A DNA stretch of 38,724 nt from an uncultured Fibrobacterales bacterium. Lineage in GTDB: Bacteria > Fibrobacterota > Fibrobacteria > Fibrobacterales > CAWVXU01. The stretch's first letter is position 1. Every line of letters starts with the position of its first letter. Below, one piece after another: positions 1 to 8,375 of the stretch. Under the pieces are notes generated by a model. The model did not search any database. It worked only from the letters and a program-made list of their open reading frames with translations, and was not told the origin of the DNA. The translations under genes were made by a program, and so were the position numbers. The stretch spans positions 1-38,724 of the forward strand of contig CAWVXU010000016.1 in NCBI GenBank assembly GCA_963934255.1, in the 5' to 3' direction.

Positions 1-545
1 ACGTCTTTACCTATGGCATTTGCTTCTTCTAGGTAAGACAAATACTGAACTTCATCAGATAAAGGCATAAAACCCGCGATGGATTGGGCATTGTCAAGTG
101 GAGTAAAATGCTCTAGTTCTTCAATTAAATCCCGGCTGAGTTCATCAATTTCTTCTGAATCAAGTTGAGAAAGACGAAATTGAACTATTTTACGAGCACG
201 TTCTTGAGAAATTTCTTTGAGAGCTGGGTCTTGACCTAAAATAGCCTCAGAAGAAGTGGTGCTGTTTTTGTCGTCAATGATGGCTGAATCTTTAACCTGA
301 GTGACGGGTATTGCTGATGGGGTCTTGTTGGTCTTGAATCCACTTGAAATCTGCTCATTGGGCTCGTGAGGTTCACTCACTTTTAAATAATTATCCACTT
401 TTTCTTCAATATCAAATTGGAGGTTTGTGAGTCGAGAACGAGTTGTTCTAATCCATTTAAAAGCTTGTACAAGCTTTTTGGCGTCGACAAAAAAGGCTGC
501 TAATATGCCTATTACTAGCATCTCATCAATCCCGAGATTAAACAT
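1..545 (-). CDS. TatB-like N-terminus fused to a 5-formyltetrahydrofolate cyclo-ligase-like domain (runs off the left edge)
   Basis: Manual translation from ATG at 545 (8-nt overlap with the tatC end), open to position 1. It begins MFNLGIDEMLVIGILAAFFVDAKKL (cf. TatB MFDIGFSELL), has a low-complexity linker, then ERARKIVQFRLSQLDSEEIDELSRDLIEELEHFTPLDNAQSIAGFMPLSDEVQYLSYLEEANAIGKD, the pattern of the 5-FCL/YgfA N-terminus. Confidence 0.7.
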   Translation of the reverse strand, partial: MFNLGIDEMLVIGILAAFFVDAKKLVQAFKWIRTTRSRLTNLQFDIEEKVDNYLKVSEPHEPNEQISSGFKTNKTPSAIPVTQVKDSAIIDDKNSTTSSEAILGQDPALKEISQERARKIVQFRLSQLDSEEIDELSRDLIEELEHFTPLDNAQSIAGFMPLSDEVQYLSYLEEANAIGKD

Positions 546-1314
546 CAATAGACTCTTTGTGGGTAGGATTGACCCAACGGGCGATTAAAATACTAAAACC
601 ATAAAGTAAGATGAGTGGCAAAGCAAGCATCAATTGTGAGATAACTTCTGGAGGAGTTAAGATGGCGGCTAATATGAATATGATGACAATAGCGATTCGT
701 GCTTGTGAGATTAAAAACTGAGAAGTGATAAGTTTAAGGGTTGCTAATACCCATGTAACTACGGGTAATTGAAACATGATAGCAAAGGCTAGAATCATTC
801 TCATGGTAAAACCAAGGTAATTGGATTGAGTCCATTGTTGCTGAGTAATTCCTGCAGAATAAGAATGTAAAAATTGGAATGAGGCAGGAAGTACAATAAA
901 AAAAGCAAATGCCGCACCACCAATAAAGAAGAAGACGCTCATGAAGACAATGGGCCAAACCATAGTGCGTTCCTTATTAAAAAGGGCAGGTGCGATGAAT
1001 TTCCATATTTGCCAAAATATAAAGGGAGATGCAGCAAAAATCCCAACCAATATAGCGACTTTGAAATCCATCACCAGAACTTCAGTAGGTGCAATGTTTT
1101 GCAAAGATCCAGTCGCTTTATCAGGAAGCGGCGATAGTAAGAAAACCCAGATAAGTTTAATTTGAGTAAAAGCCACCGCCGTCATAATAGATGTCGCTAA
1201 AACAGCTTTGAACAAGCAACTTTTTAATTCACCGAAGTGACTCATAAAGCCCATTTGACCGAGTTGCTCTTCCTCTTGCCCTTGCCCTTGCTCCGAACTT
1301 TCTTTTTGACTCAT
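538..1314 (-). CDS. tatC: Twin-arginine translocase subunit TatC
   Basis: MGFMSHFGEL, SPFIFWQIWKFIAPAL, FQLP and AAILTPPEVISQ motifs; about 6 TM helices; adjacent to tatA. Confidence 0.97.
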   Translation of the reverse strand: MSQKESSEQGQGQEEEQLGQMGFMSHFGELKSCLFKAVLATSIMTAVAFTQIKLIWVFLLSPLPDKATGSLQNIAPTEVLVMDFKVAILVGIFAASPFIFWQIWKFIAPALFNKERTMVWPIVFMSVFFFIGGAAFAFFIVLPASFQFLHSYSAGITQQQWTQSNYLGFTMRMILAFAIMFQLPVVTWVLATLKLITSQFLISQARIAIVIIFILAAILTPPEVISQLMLALPLILLYGFSILIARWVNPTHKESIDV

Positions 1315-1321
1315 GATTTAT

Positions 1322-1534
1322 TTATGAGTCTTTGTCTTCAGACAGTTTGTTTTCAGATGATTTGTCTGCTTCACTAGTGTCGATTTTATTAACAGTGTCA
1401 TCTTTTTGTGCATCTTTAAATTTTTTAATACCCTTTGAAACACCTTCGGCAATTTCAGGTATTTTTCTGGCACCGAAAAGTAAAACAATGATGGCCAAAA
1501 TAATGATTAAGCCGGGAACGCCGATATTAGACAT
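1322..1534 (-). CDS. tatA: Twin-arginine translocase subunit TatA
   Basis: 70 aa; IGVPGLIIILAIIVLLFGARKIPEIAEGVSKGIKKFK (TM, FG hinge, amphipathic helix); AGGAG RBS upstream. Confidence 0.96.
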   Translation of the reverse strand: MSNIGVPGLIIILAIIVLLFGARKIPEIAEGVSKGIKKFKDAQKDDTVNKIDTSEADKSSENKLSEDKDS

Positions 1535-1574
1535 AGTATTCTCCTAGTTTCGGGAAAAGATAGCAATCTTCAAT

Positions 1575-2699
1575 TTATTTTGGTTGCCAACCCACAATTT
1601 TGGGAATCAATAAATCATATTGCCATTCCATCAGATTGGTGCCTTCTCTAATATCAGATTCAGAGTCAATAGAGCCGGTAGAAATATTCACTAATTGTAA
1701 TTTGTTTGCAAGAAGGGTAGGTTCAAGCTCTAATTTACTGCAAATTAAGTCACGTTGTTCTTTTACATGCTCTAAAGTGAGTGGATGGGGAGAAACTGGA
1801 GGTGGTGGTTTACGTTTGAGGCGAGATGGATCATTGTCACGAGGGCCACTAATTTCATCATTGATAATTTTTAAAAACTTTGCAATCAAAGAGCCTTTAA
1901 AATTACGAGGCATTTTAGGTAATTCATTGAATGTGACTGATTCTAGAGTTGCGGCACTGCAGGCTATTTGAACTAATTTCTCATTTGAAAGAATTTTAAA
2001 GACCGGTTGATCCCAATCCATGGCAATTTCTTCACGAAATGCCCATGTTACTTTTAATATTGCAAGTTCTTTCGAGGCTAAGAAGGTTGAACCTTTCACC
2101 CGCCATGGATCGTCCTTTTTTTTGTCAGAAGGGAGAGTGGCTGAAATACGAAGGTGTTCACAACTCTGAACAGCCCAATCAAGCCGCCCTAATTCAATCA
2201 ATTTGTCCTGAATTAGATCGACTAACTCATGTAAGATAGCCGTATCTAGGGCTGCATACTTTTGCATAACATCAGGGAGCGGTCGAAGCGACCAATCCGC
2301 TTTTTGAGAACCTTTATCAAGTTCCATACCAAGAAACTCTTTAGCGAGACTGGCTAAGCCAAATGCTTTGGCACCAATGAGGCGAGAGGCTACCATCGTG
2401 TCGAAAATTTTAGAAGGTATAAAATTCCAATGTTGATTCATCATTCGAAGATCGTAATCACATCCATGAGCCAAAATTAACTTATCTTGAATCGCACTTA
2501 AAAGCGACGACATGTCTTTAATGCTGAGGGTATCAATCAGGAAATGTTGATTTTTTACTGTAATTTGAATCAAACAAATTTTTGAGTGATAATGATGCAA
2601 AGAATCAGCCTCTAAATCGAGCGCAATTGTATCTACTTGATTAATTAAATCAATTAAAGGAGCTAAGTCCGCTTCAGTTTCTAATAAAGTCCATTCCAT
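1575..2699 (-). CDS. rnd: Ribonuclease D (DEDDy 3'-5' exonuclease plus HRDC)
   Basis: ALDLEADSLHHY, HGCDYD, FDTMVA, QKADWSLRPL, YAALD motifs, followed by an HRDC-like region. Confidence 0.9.
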   Translation of the reverse strand: MEWTLLETEADLAPLIDLINQVDTIALDLEADSLHHYHSKICLIQITVKNQHFLIDTLSIKDMSSLLSAIQDKLILAHGCDYDLRMMNQHWNFIPSKIFDTMVASRLIGAKAFGLASLAKEFLGMELDKGSQKADWSLRPLPDVMQKYAALDTAILHELVDLIQDKLIELGRLDWAVQSCEHLRISATLPSDKKKDDPWRVKGSTFLASKELAILKVTWAFREEIAMDWDQPVFKILSNEKLVQIACSAATLESVTFNELPKMPRNFKGSLIAKFLKIINDEISGPRDNDPSRLKRKPPPPVSPHPLTLEHVKEQRDLICSKLELEPTLLANKLQLVNISTGSIDSESDIREGTNLMEWQYDLLIPKIVGWQPK

Positions 2700-2756
2700 A
2701 TGGCACCAAAGTTAGTATTAAATGAATTACATTTGGCATCTTGGAAGGAACTAATC

Positions 2757-3755
2757 ATGAAACCTGTTGCACTTACTGGTATTAAACCTACGGGAACTCC
2801 ACATTTGGGAAACTATCTCGGCGCGATTAAGACTGCTCTATCAAGGGTAGAGAGTAGTGAAGCGATTTATTTTATCGCTGATTACCATGCTTTGACTACT
2901 GTCCACAAAGGTGAGGAGATGCGTCACTCCATAAGAGAAGTAGCCGCAACATGGCTCGCTCTCGGGTTAGATCCTGAAAAAGCGACGATTTACAAACAAT
3001 CAGATATTCCTGAAATATTTGAACTCAACTGGGTCTTAAGTTGTTTTACACCTAAGGGTTTCATGAATAAAGCTCATGCCTATAAAGCAAAAGCTCAAGC
3101 CAATCAAGAAAAAGGTGATGAATTAGATTCTGGTGTCAATATGGGGTTGTTTGGATACCCTTGCCTGATGAACGCAGATATTTTGCTTTTTGACTCAAAT
3201 ATCGTTCCGGTTGGTAAAGATCAGAAGCAACATGTTGAGTTTGCACGTGATATTGCTGTTCGATTTAATAAAAACTATGATCAAGATTTATTTGTCGTGC
3301 CTGAGCCTCTCATTATTGGTGAAACAGAAACAATACCTGGACTTGATGGCCGTAAAATGAGCAAGTCTTACAACAACACGATTGAATTATTCTTGCCTTC
3401 CAAAAAGCTCAAAAAGAAAGTCAACAAAATTGTAACTAATTCTCAAGAGATTCATGAGGCAAAGGACCCAGAGGTTTGTCAAGTATTTGCTCTGTATAAG
3501 TATTTCTCAACCAAGATTGAACAAGAAGCTCTAGCTGCCAAATATCGTGCTGGTGGCATGGGATGGGGAGAGGCCAAAAACACATTATTTGAAGCCATAG
3601 AGTTCCATTTTGGTGATGCTCGTAAAAAATATGACGATTTGATGGGTCACCCTGATAAGATTGATGTAATACTAGCAGAGGGAGCCCAAAAAGCTCGAGT
3701 AAAAGCTCAAGCTAAAATTAAAGCGATTCGTGAAGCCGTTGGCGTCGCTTGGTAA
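2757..3755 (+). CDS. trpS: Tryptophan--tRNA ligase
   Basis: TGIKPTGTPHLGNY, VPVGKDQKQH and GRKMSKS motifs; start moved to ATG 2757 (AAGGAA RBS). Confidence 0.98.
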   Translation: MKPVALTGIKPTGTPHLGNYLGAIKTALSRVESSEAIYFIADYHALTTVHKGEEMRHSIREVAATWLALGLDPEKATIYKQSDIPEIFELNWVLSCFTPKGFMNKAHAYKAKAQANQEKGDELDSGVNMGLFGYPCLMNADILLFDSNIVPVGKDQKQHVEFARDIAVRFNKNYDQDLFVVPEPLIIGETETIPGLDGRKMSKSYNNTIELFLPSKKLKKKVNKIVTNSQEIHEAKDPEVCQVFALYKYFSTKIEQEALAAKYRAGGMGWGEAKNTLFEAIEFHFGDARKKYDDLMGHPDKIDVILAEGAQKARVKAQAKIKAIREAVGVAW

Positions 3756-3836
3756 AGAATTAATCCACTTTTTAATTGCAAGATGTTTTGAATTATCATT
3801 TTTTATTCAAATTAATTGTTTACGCCTAACATCTGG

Positions 3837-3854
3837 TACACTACATGTGGTGTA
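3837..3854. promoter_or_regulatory. Near-perfect palindrome (NrdR-box-like) upstream of the motor operon
   Basis: TACACTACATGTGGTGTA, 18 bp with one mismatched pair; a related copy (CCTAACATCTGGTA) lies just upstream. Confidence 0.35.
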
Positions 3855-3889
3855 GTCGCCCACGTTGGATAAATTTTTTGTTTTAATCC

Positions 3890-3919
3890 TTGCTTTTCAT
3901 GTCGTTATTGTTCTACAAT
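3890..3919 (+). promoter_or_regulatory. Candidate sigma70-type promoter for the 3979-9053 operon
   Basis: TTGCTT (3890-3895), 18-bp spacer, TACAAT (3914-3919). Confidence 0.4.
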
Positions 3920-3978
3920 TAACTCTAAGTTGTTAAAAATGTATGGTTTACAAATATTGTATGCCGGAGGTTGAACTT

Positions 3979-5769
3979 TTGAATTGGACCAAATTACACG
4001 GATTTGGACTCTTTCTTTTGGTCCTTAGCTCTTGGACTTATGCTCAAGATATCGATCCAGAGGTCTACAGGCGATCAGTTGCTTATTCTGAACAATACGA
4101 AAGAATGCTTTCTAAAGCATTGTCGAACTACTATCACGATGAGAGTTATCTCATTGACGTGAGAGTGACGCTTGACCAAATGATCGTGCCGCTTGAGTAC
4201 GAGCGCCGACAAAATCAAAATATTGACCCAGCAATAGAGAAATTGCCTGGATTACCTGTGATTCCTGATGAATGGCGTAAAGCTGTGAAAGACTCACTCA
4301 ATGTGACTGAATTTCGTCGAGAATTTGGAATTAAATATGTTGATGTGACAATTCTCGTTGATACATCCTATCAGGTAGAGGATGTGGGATTTGTTATAGA
4401 ACTTGTCAAAATGAATGCCAACCTTGATGATGTTAGAGGCGACCGTGTCTCAATTAAAAAGAAAGTTTTCCCTGAATTATTTCAAAGCCACCGCAAAGTT
4501 GATACAATTCCAATGAGTGCCAACCCTCCAGTAAGTGAAGACTATGCTAATAATTCATTTGGTGAAGTACTTCAAAATGAATTACCTGTGGTCTTGCCTT
4601 TAATCCTTATATTCGTTTTTCTCGCTTTGATGATTTGGATGGTTTTACGGTATCTCAAACAGTCAGATCAAGCTGGAGAAGCAACGACTAGACACATGCA
4701 AACCCTAATGATGAAGATTGAAGAATTGAAAGATTCACAATCTAGGCCAACTGAATCTGTGGGAGAGCTTCCACCCGAAAAAACTCCGGAGTACAATGCA
4801 TTGAGAAACTATGTTCTTGATAATTTTATTGGTAGACCCCAACAATCATCAAGGCTTTTAAGTAATTGGATTCAACACCTTGGGGACCAAGGTTTAAAAG
4901 ATTCTGCTCATATCGTAGGGCTGGTTGATGAAAAGATTTTGGATATACTAGGACCACATTTAGGTGAGTCAACTTTTAATAAAATGACACTAAGATTGCA
5001 ATCAATTGAAGAACTTGATGGCGATGCCAAACTTTCACTTTTAGGCCAATTTAAAATGGATATGGAAGCTATTTTAGGGAATAGCCTCGCAAGTGATCGC
5101 GAAGGCGATATTTTTAACTTTTTAAATCAACTGAGTATTAGGCAACTCCGTCATGTGCTTAAAGGTGAGTCAACTGGAATTCAAGGTTTAGCTTTGGCAC
5201 AAATTCCATCTGAAAAAGCTGCTCAAATTTTGCAAGCAATGGATGGAGCTGAGCGCACAGGTATCTTAGTTTCAATGGGACAAATAGAGAATGTCTCTGT
5301 CCAGAGTTATAAAGATGTCGCTAAATCACTTAGTCGCAAGGCTTTAGAAGTAAGTAATATGAGATATGTGGCCGCTGATGGTATTGAAAGTATCTTGGAT
5401 GTGATCGTTGATATGCCAAGTGAATCACAGAAAAAATATTTGCAAAACATTGCCGAAATGGATTTGCCTTTGGCTGAAAAAATACGAAGATTCTACTTGC
5501 CATTTGAAGATTTAATTCAGATTCCAAAGAAGCAATTATTGGAATTAATTCAAGACCTTGATAGGGATGAAATGTCAGTCTCACTCGTGGGATCACCTGA
5601 GGAATTAAAAATACATTTCTTAGAGTCTATGCCTGAACGAATGGCTCAAGCTGTTGCTGCTGGCATTGAATCTTCGATTGACGTGGGTGGTGAAAAGGTT
5701 GAAGAAGCACGTAAGAAATTAATGCATCACTTACGAAGTGAAATTGCACTTATTGGAGGTTTAGAATGA
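3979..5769 (+). CDS. FliF(RBM3)-TM-FliF_C / FliG(N,M,C) natural fusion; rotor-like protein
   Basis: Likely start is TTG 3979 (GGAGG 8 nt upstream; the ORF track starts at 3943), giving signal peptide MNWTKLHGFGLFLLVLSSWTYA-QD. FliF RBM3-like motifs: YLIDVRVTLD, IKYVDVTILVD, LDDVRGDRVSIKKKVF. One TM helix, then FliF_C-like RPQQSSRLLSNWI. FliG-like segments: GLKDSAHIVG, FNFLNQLSIRQLRHVLKGESTGIQGLALAQIPSEKAAQIL, LAEKIRRFYLPFEDL, FLESMPERMA, VEEARKKLM. Confidence 0.85.
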   Translation: MNWTKLHGFGLFLLVLSSWTYAQDIDPEVYRRSVAYSEQYERMLSKALSNYYHDESYLIDVRVTLDQMIVPLEYERRQNQNIDPAIEKLPGLPVIPDEWRKAVKDSLNVTEFRREFGIKYVDVTILVDTSYQVEDVGFVIELVKMNANLDDVRGDRVSIKKKVFPELFQSHRKVDTIPMSANPPVSEDYANNSFGEVLQNELPVVLPLILIFVFLALMIWMVLRYLKQSDQAGEATTRHMQTLMMKIEELKDSQSRPTESVGELPPEKTPEYNALRNYVLDNFIGRPQQSSRLLSNWIQHLGDQGLKDSAHIVGLVDEKILDILGPHLGESTFNKMTLRLQSIEELDGDAKLSLLGQFKMDMEAILGNSLASDREGDIFNFLNQLSIRQLRHVLKGESTGIQGLALAQIPSEKAAQILQAMDGAERTGILVSMGQIENVSVQSYKDVAKSLSRKALEVSNMRYVAADGIESILDVIVDMPSESQKKYLQNIAEMDLPLAEKIRRFYLPFEDLIQIPKKQLLELIQDLDRDEMSVSLVGSPEELKIHFLESMPERMAQAVAAGIESSIDVGGEKVEEARKKLMHHLRSEIALIGGLE

Positions 5770-6860
5770 GAATGAGTTTAGTTACTTGGATTCTAGTTCT
5801 TGCTTTTTTCACAAGTCAAGGATGGGCTCAGCCTAAGATTGTGTTTGATAAAGCGGGCGGAGTTTGGTCTGAAGAGACTAATTCAGGTCTTCAACAAATG
5901 TACGATGTTTTAGAGCAACTCGAAGAAGCAGTTGCCGAACTTCCGCCTACAGTAGAGCGTATTGCGATTCACCAATTTAAAGTTGATTCAAAACACTTTG
6001 ATAAAGGAATGGGACGTTTCTTCAAAGCTCAGATTGAAGAAGTTTTTCGAAGAAATGGACGGCGAGATATTGTGTCGGCACCTGAACTTAAAACAACTAG
6101 AATTATAGCAACGGACACTTCATTTCAAATGTCTAATGCGATTCCAGATGCAGAGGCTTTGTGGGTCATAGGGCGTAAACTTCGTGTTGATGCTTTTGTT
6201 CAAGGTGCGATTACAAGGTCGACTGATGGTGATATGCTTTTGTCAATTAAATTAATCAAACAGGGAAGTGCTGAAATTATGTGGTCAGGTAATTTCGTTG
6301 CAGGCCCTAATAAATTAGCATCGAGAAGTCCATCATTTAAATACGCAGTCGTAGCCGCTTTTGGTTATATGCCAGTCGCCAAATATACTACTAAGGATAC
6401 CGTTATTACAAAAGGTATTGATATCTACAACTATAGTATTGACTTTACCGCATCAGAATACATTACTGATAACAAACGTCTATTATTGAATCTGACAATG
6501 GGGTTGGGGAGTTATGTACCCGTGCTTGAAAACCCTGCTGATGACGAACTATCCAATGTAGTTTTGAGGCTTCACGCAACAGGTGGTGCTGATTTTGTTC
6601 TTGTATTGTTAAAAAAACCAGCAGAAATTGAAGGCTATTATTTAGGAATGTATGGTGGAGCTAAAGCCGTTTTTCCCAACAAATTCTTATTGGTAAATGC
6701 TGGCTATATTATGCAGGCAACACCTCATTTAGGCGTGAGTGTTGGTGCTAACTATTTACCACTAAATACCAAAGTTGATGGTGGAATCCTTAGTTTAAAT
6801 GAATATGTACTTGAAATGGAGCCGCTGTCTTATGATGCTAAGATCTATTATTTCTTCTAG
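5766..6860 (+). CDS. Exported protein: FlgO/CsgG/LpoB-like alpha-beta domain plus C-terminal outer-membrane beta-barrel
   Basis: Signal peptide ending GWA-QP; RIAIHQF...IGRKLRVDAFVQGAIT...LLSIKLIKQGSAEIMWSG; C-terminal half has amphipathic beta strands ending YDAKIYYFF; overlaps the upstream stop codon. Confidence 0.6.
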   Translation: MRMSLVTWILVLAFFTSQGWAQPKIVFDKAGGVWSEETNSGLQQMYDVLEQLEEAVAELPPTVERIAIHQFKVDSKHFDKGMGRFFKAQIEEVFRRNGRRDIVSAPELKTTRIIATDTSFQMSNAIPDAEALWVIGRKLRVDAFVQGAITRSTDGDMLLSIKLIKQGSAEIMWSGNFVAGPNKLASRSPSFKYAVVAAFGYMPVAKYTTKDTVITKGIDIYNYSIDFTASEYITDNKRLLLNLTMGLGSYVPVLENPADDELSNVVLRLHATGGADFVLVLLKKPAEIEGYYLGMYGGAKAVFPNKFLLVNAGYIMQATPHLGVSVGANYLPLNTKVDGGILSLNEYVLEMEPLSYDAKIYYFF

Positions 6861-7557
6861 ACTATTTCTTCTTTGTCTATCTTCACTTGTTACGATTGCA
6901 TGCACAGGTAAAGGTGTTAAGGCTAGTAAACTTGACTCCAAAGAAAGCATTGAGGAAGAAGAGCTCGACCCTCATTCTAACAAGGAGCTCATTGTTACTT
7001 TTAAAAATGAGCGTACTCAATTATCATATAAAATCAACCCTAATGATGAAGATTTGTATATCAAGCTTTCGGGTGGAGAAGTCACAGGTATAGCGCCTGC
7101 AGCTCAACAGTTAGAGAGATCTAATTCGCAACCTATTCAAGTGACACAAACGGTTCAATCACCTCAGGCTCCTGCTCAAATCACCAAAGCTGCAGAGGTA
7201 ACTGAACCTAAAGAAGACAGTATGAGTGAAGATTTGAAACGTCAGTTGGAGCCAAATGATACTGAGTTACAAAAGGTAGGTTTGCCGCCAGAAGACGCCA
7301 CTGATCGCGTACTGAGTGATATTCGCAAGGCTCAAGAAGCTCTTTATAAAAATGATTTAGGTAATGCAGAAAAACTTGTAAGAAATTCACTTGGCATTAA
7401 AGAAACTGCAGAAGGGTTTTCTTTACTCGGCTCTATTCATTATATCAGAAAAGACAAAGCACGAGCAGTAGATTCTTGGAAGCGTTCGTTAGAGCTCGAT
7501 CCAAATAATCAGGATGTACGTGAGATGATTTTTCAAATTGATAGGTTAGAAAAATAA
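6832..7557 (+). CDS. TPR-containing lipoprotein
   Basis: Lipobox LVTIA-C; Q/P/A-rich linker; C-terminal TPR (AEGFSLLGSIHYIRKDKARAVDSWKRSLELDPNNQDV); start moved to ATG 6832 (GGAG upstream). Confidence 0.8.
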   Translation: MMLRSIISSRLFLLCLSSLVTIACTGKGVKASKLDSKESIEEEELDPHSNKELIVTFKNERTQLSYKINPNDEDLYIKLSGGEVTGIAPAAQQLERSNSQPIQVTQTVQSPQAPAQITKAAEVTEPKEDSMSEDLKRQLEPNDTELQKVGLPPEDATDRVLSDIRKAQEALYKNDLGNAEKLVRNSLGIKETAEGFSLLGSIHYIRKDKARAVDSWKRSLELDPNNQDVREMIFQIDRLEK

Positions 7558-8375
7558 TGAGAATTAGCTTAAGTACTTTAATTGGCATTGCCGGTGGTTG
7601 TGGAATAATTGGCTGGGGTGTAATGACTTCAACTAATAATTATGGCATGTTCTGGAATGCTCAAGGTTTTGCAATTGTTGTAGGTGGAACTCTCACTGCT
7701 GCTTTTGTAGGCTTTCGATGGAGATATATCCTCAAGGCGTTAATGGGCACTTTAACCATTTTCGTACGGCAAACAATTACTCCTACGACCTTAGCTGCAG
7801 AAGTTGGTCAAGTTGTTGAATGGGCTAAAACCATTCAATCTGAAGGTAAAAAGGGCGCTGAAACCATTATCGGTCAAACTGAAGATGACTTTGTAAAATA
7901 TGTATTTGGTCTTTTTAGTACAGGCTATACAACAGATGAAATCAGAGATTTTGGTGAAACATCCATTGAAGAGAACTATTTTCGTGGCTTAAGTGAAAGT
8001 ACAATCCTGCAAAACATGGCAGGGACTGCACCTGCTTTTGGTATGGTCGGTACTTTGATTGGGTTAATTGTTATGCTATCCAAAATGGATGACCCTGCAA
8101 GTATGGGGCCGGGTTTATCAGTGGCACTTATGACCACACTATATGGTGTGTTATTGGCTCGATTTATATTTCAACCCGCCTCAACTAAAGTCAAACAAAA
8201 ACTAGGAATATCCCGGTTTAGAGAATACCTCCTTTTAGAAGGGATATGTCTTATCTCTGATAAAAAGTCCTCATTTTATATTCAAGATAAGTTGAATGCT
8301 TATTTGGATCGTAAATCACAATATGCTAAGGCAACGGCTTCGGCATCCATTCAAGCTCCAAAGACTGATAAATAA
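7557..8375 (+). CDS. motA: Stator A subunit (MotA/PomA family)
   Basis: IVVGGTL; APAFGMVGTLIGLIVMLSKMDDPASMGPGLSVALMTTLYG; EYLLLEGI; four TM segments; TAATG coupling to the upstream gene. Confidence 0.93.
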   Translation: MRISLSTLIGIAGGCGIIGWGVMTSTNNYGMFWNAQGFAIVVGGTLTAAFVGFRWRYILKALMGTLTIFVRQTITPTTLAAEVGQVVEWAKTIQSEGKKGAETIIGQTEDDFVKYVFGLFSTGYTTDEIRDFGETSIEENYFRGLSESTILQNMAGTAPAFGMVGTLIGLIVMLSKMDDPASMGPGLSVALMTTLYGVLLARFIFQPASTKVKQKLGISRFREYLLLEGICLISDKKSSFYIQDKLNAYLDRKSQYAKATASASIQAPKTDK

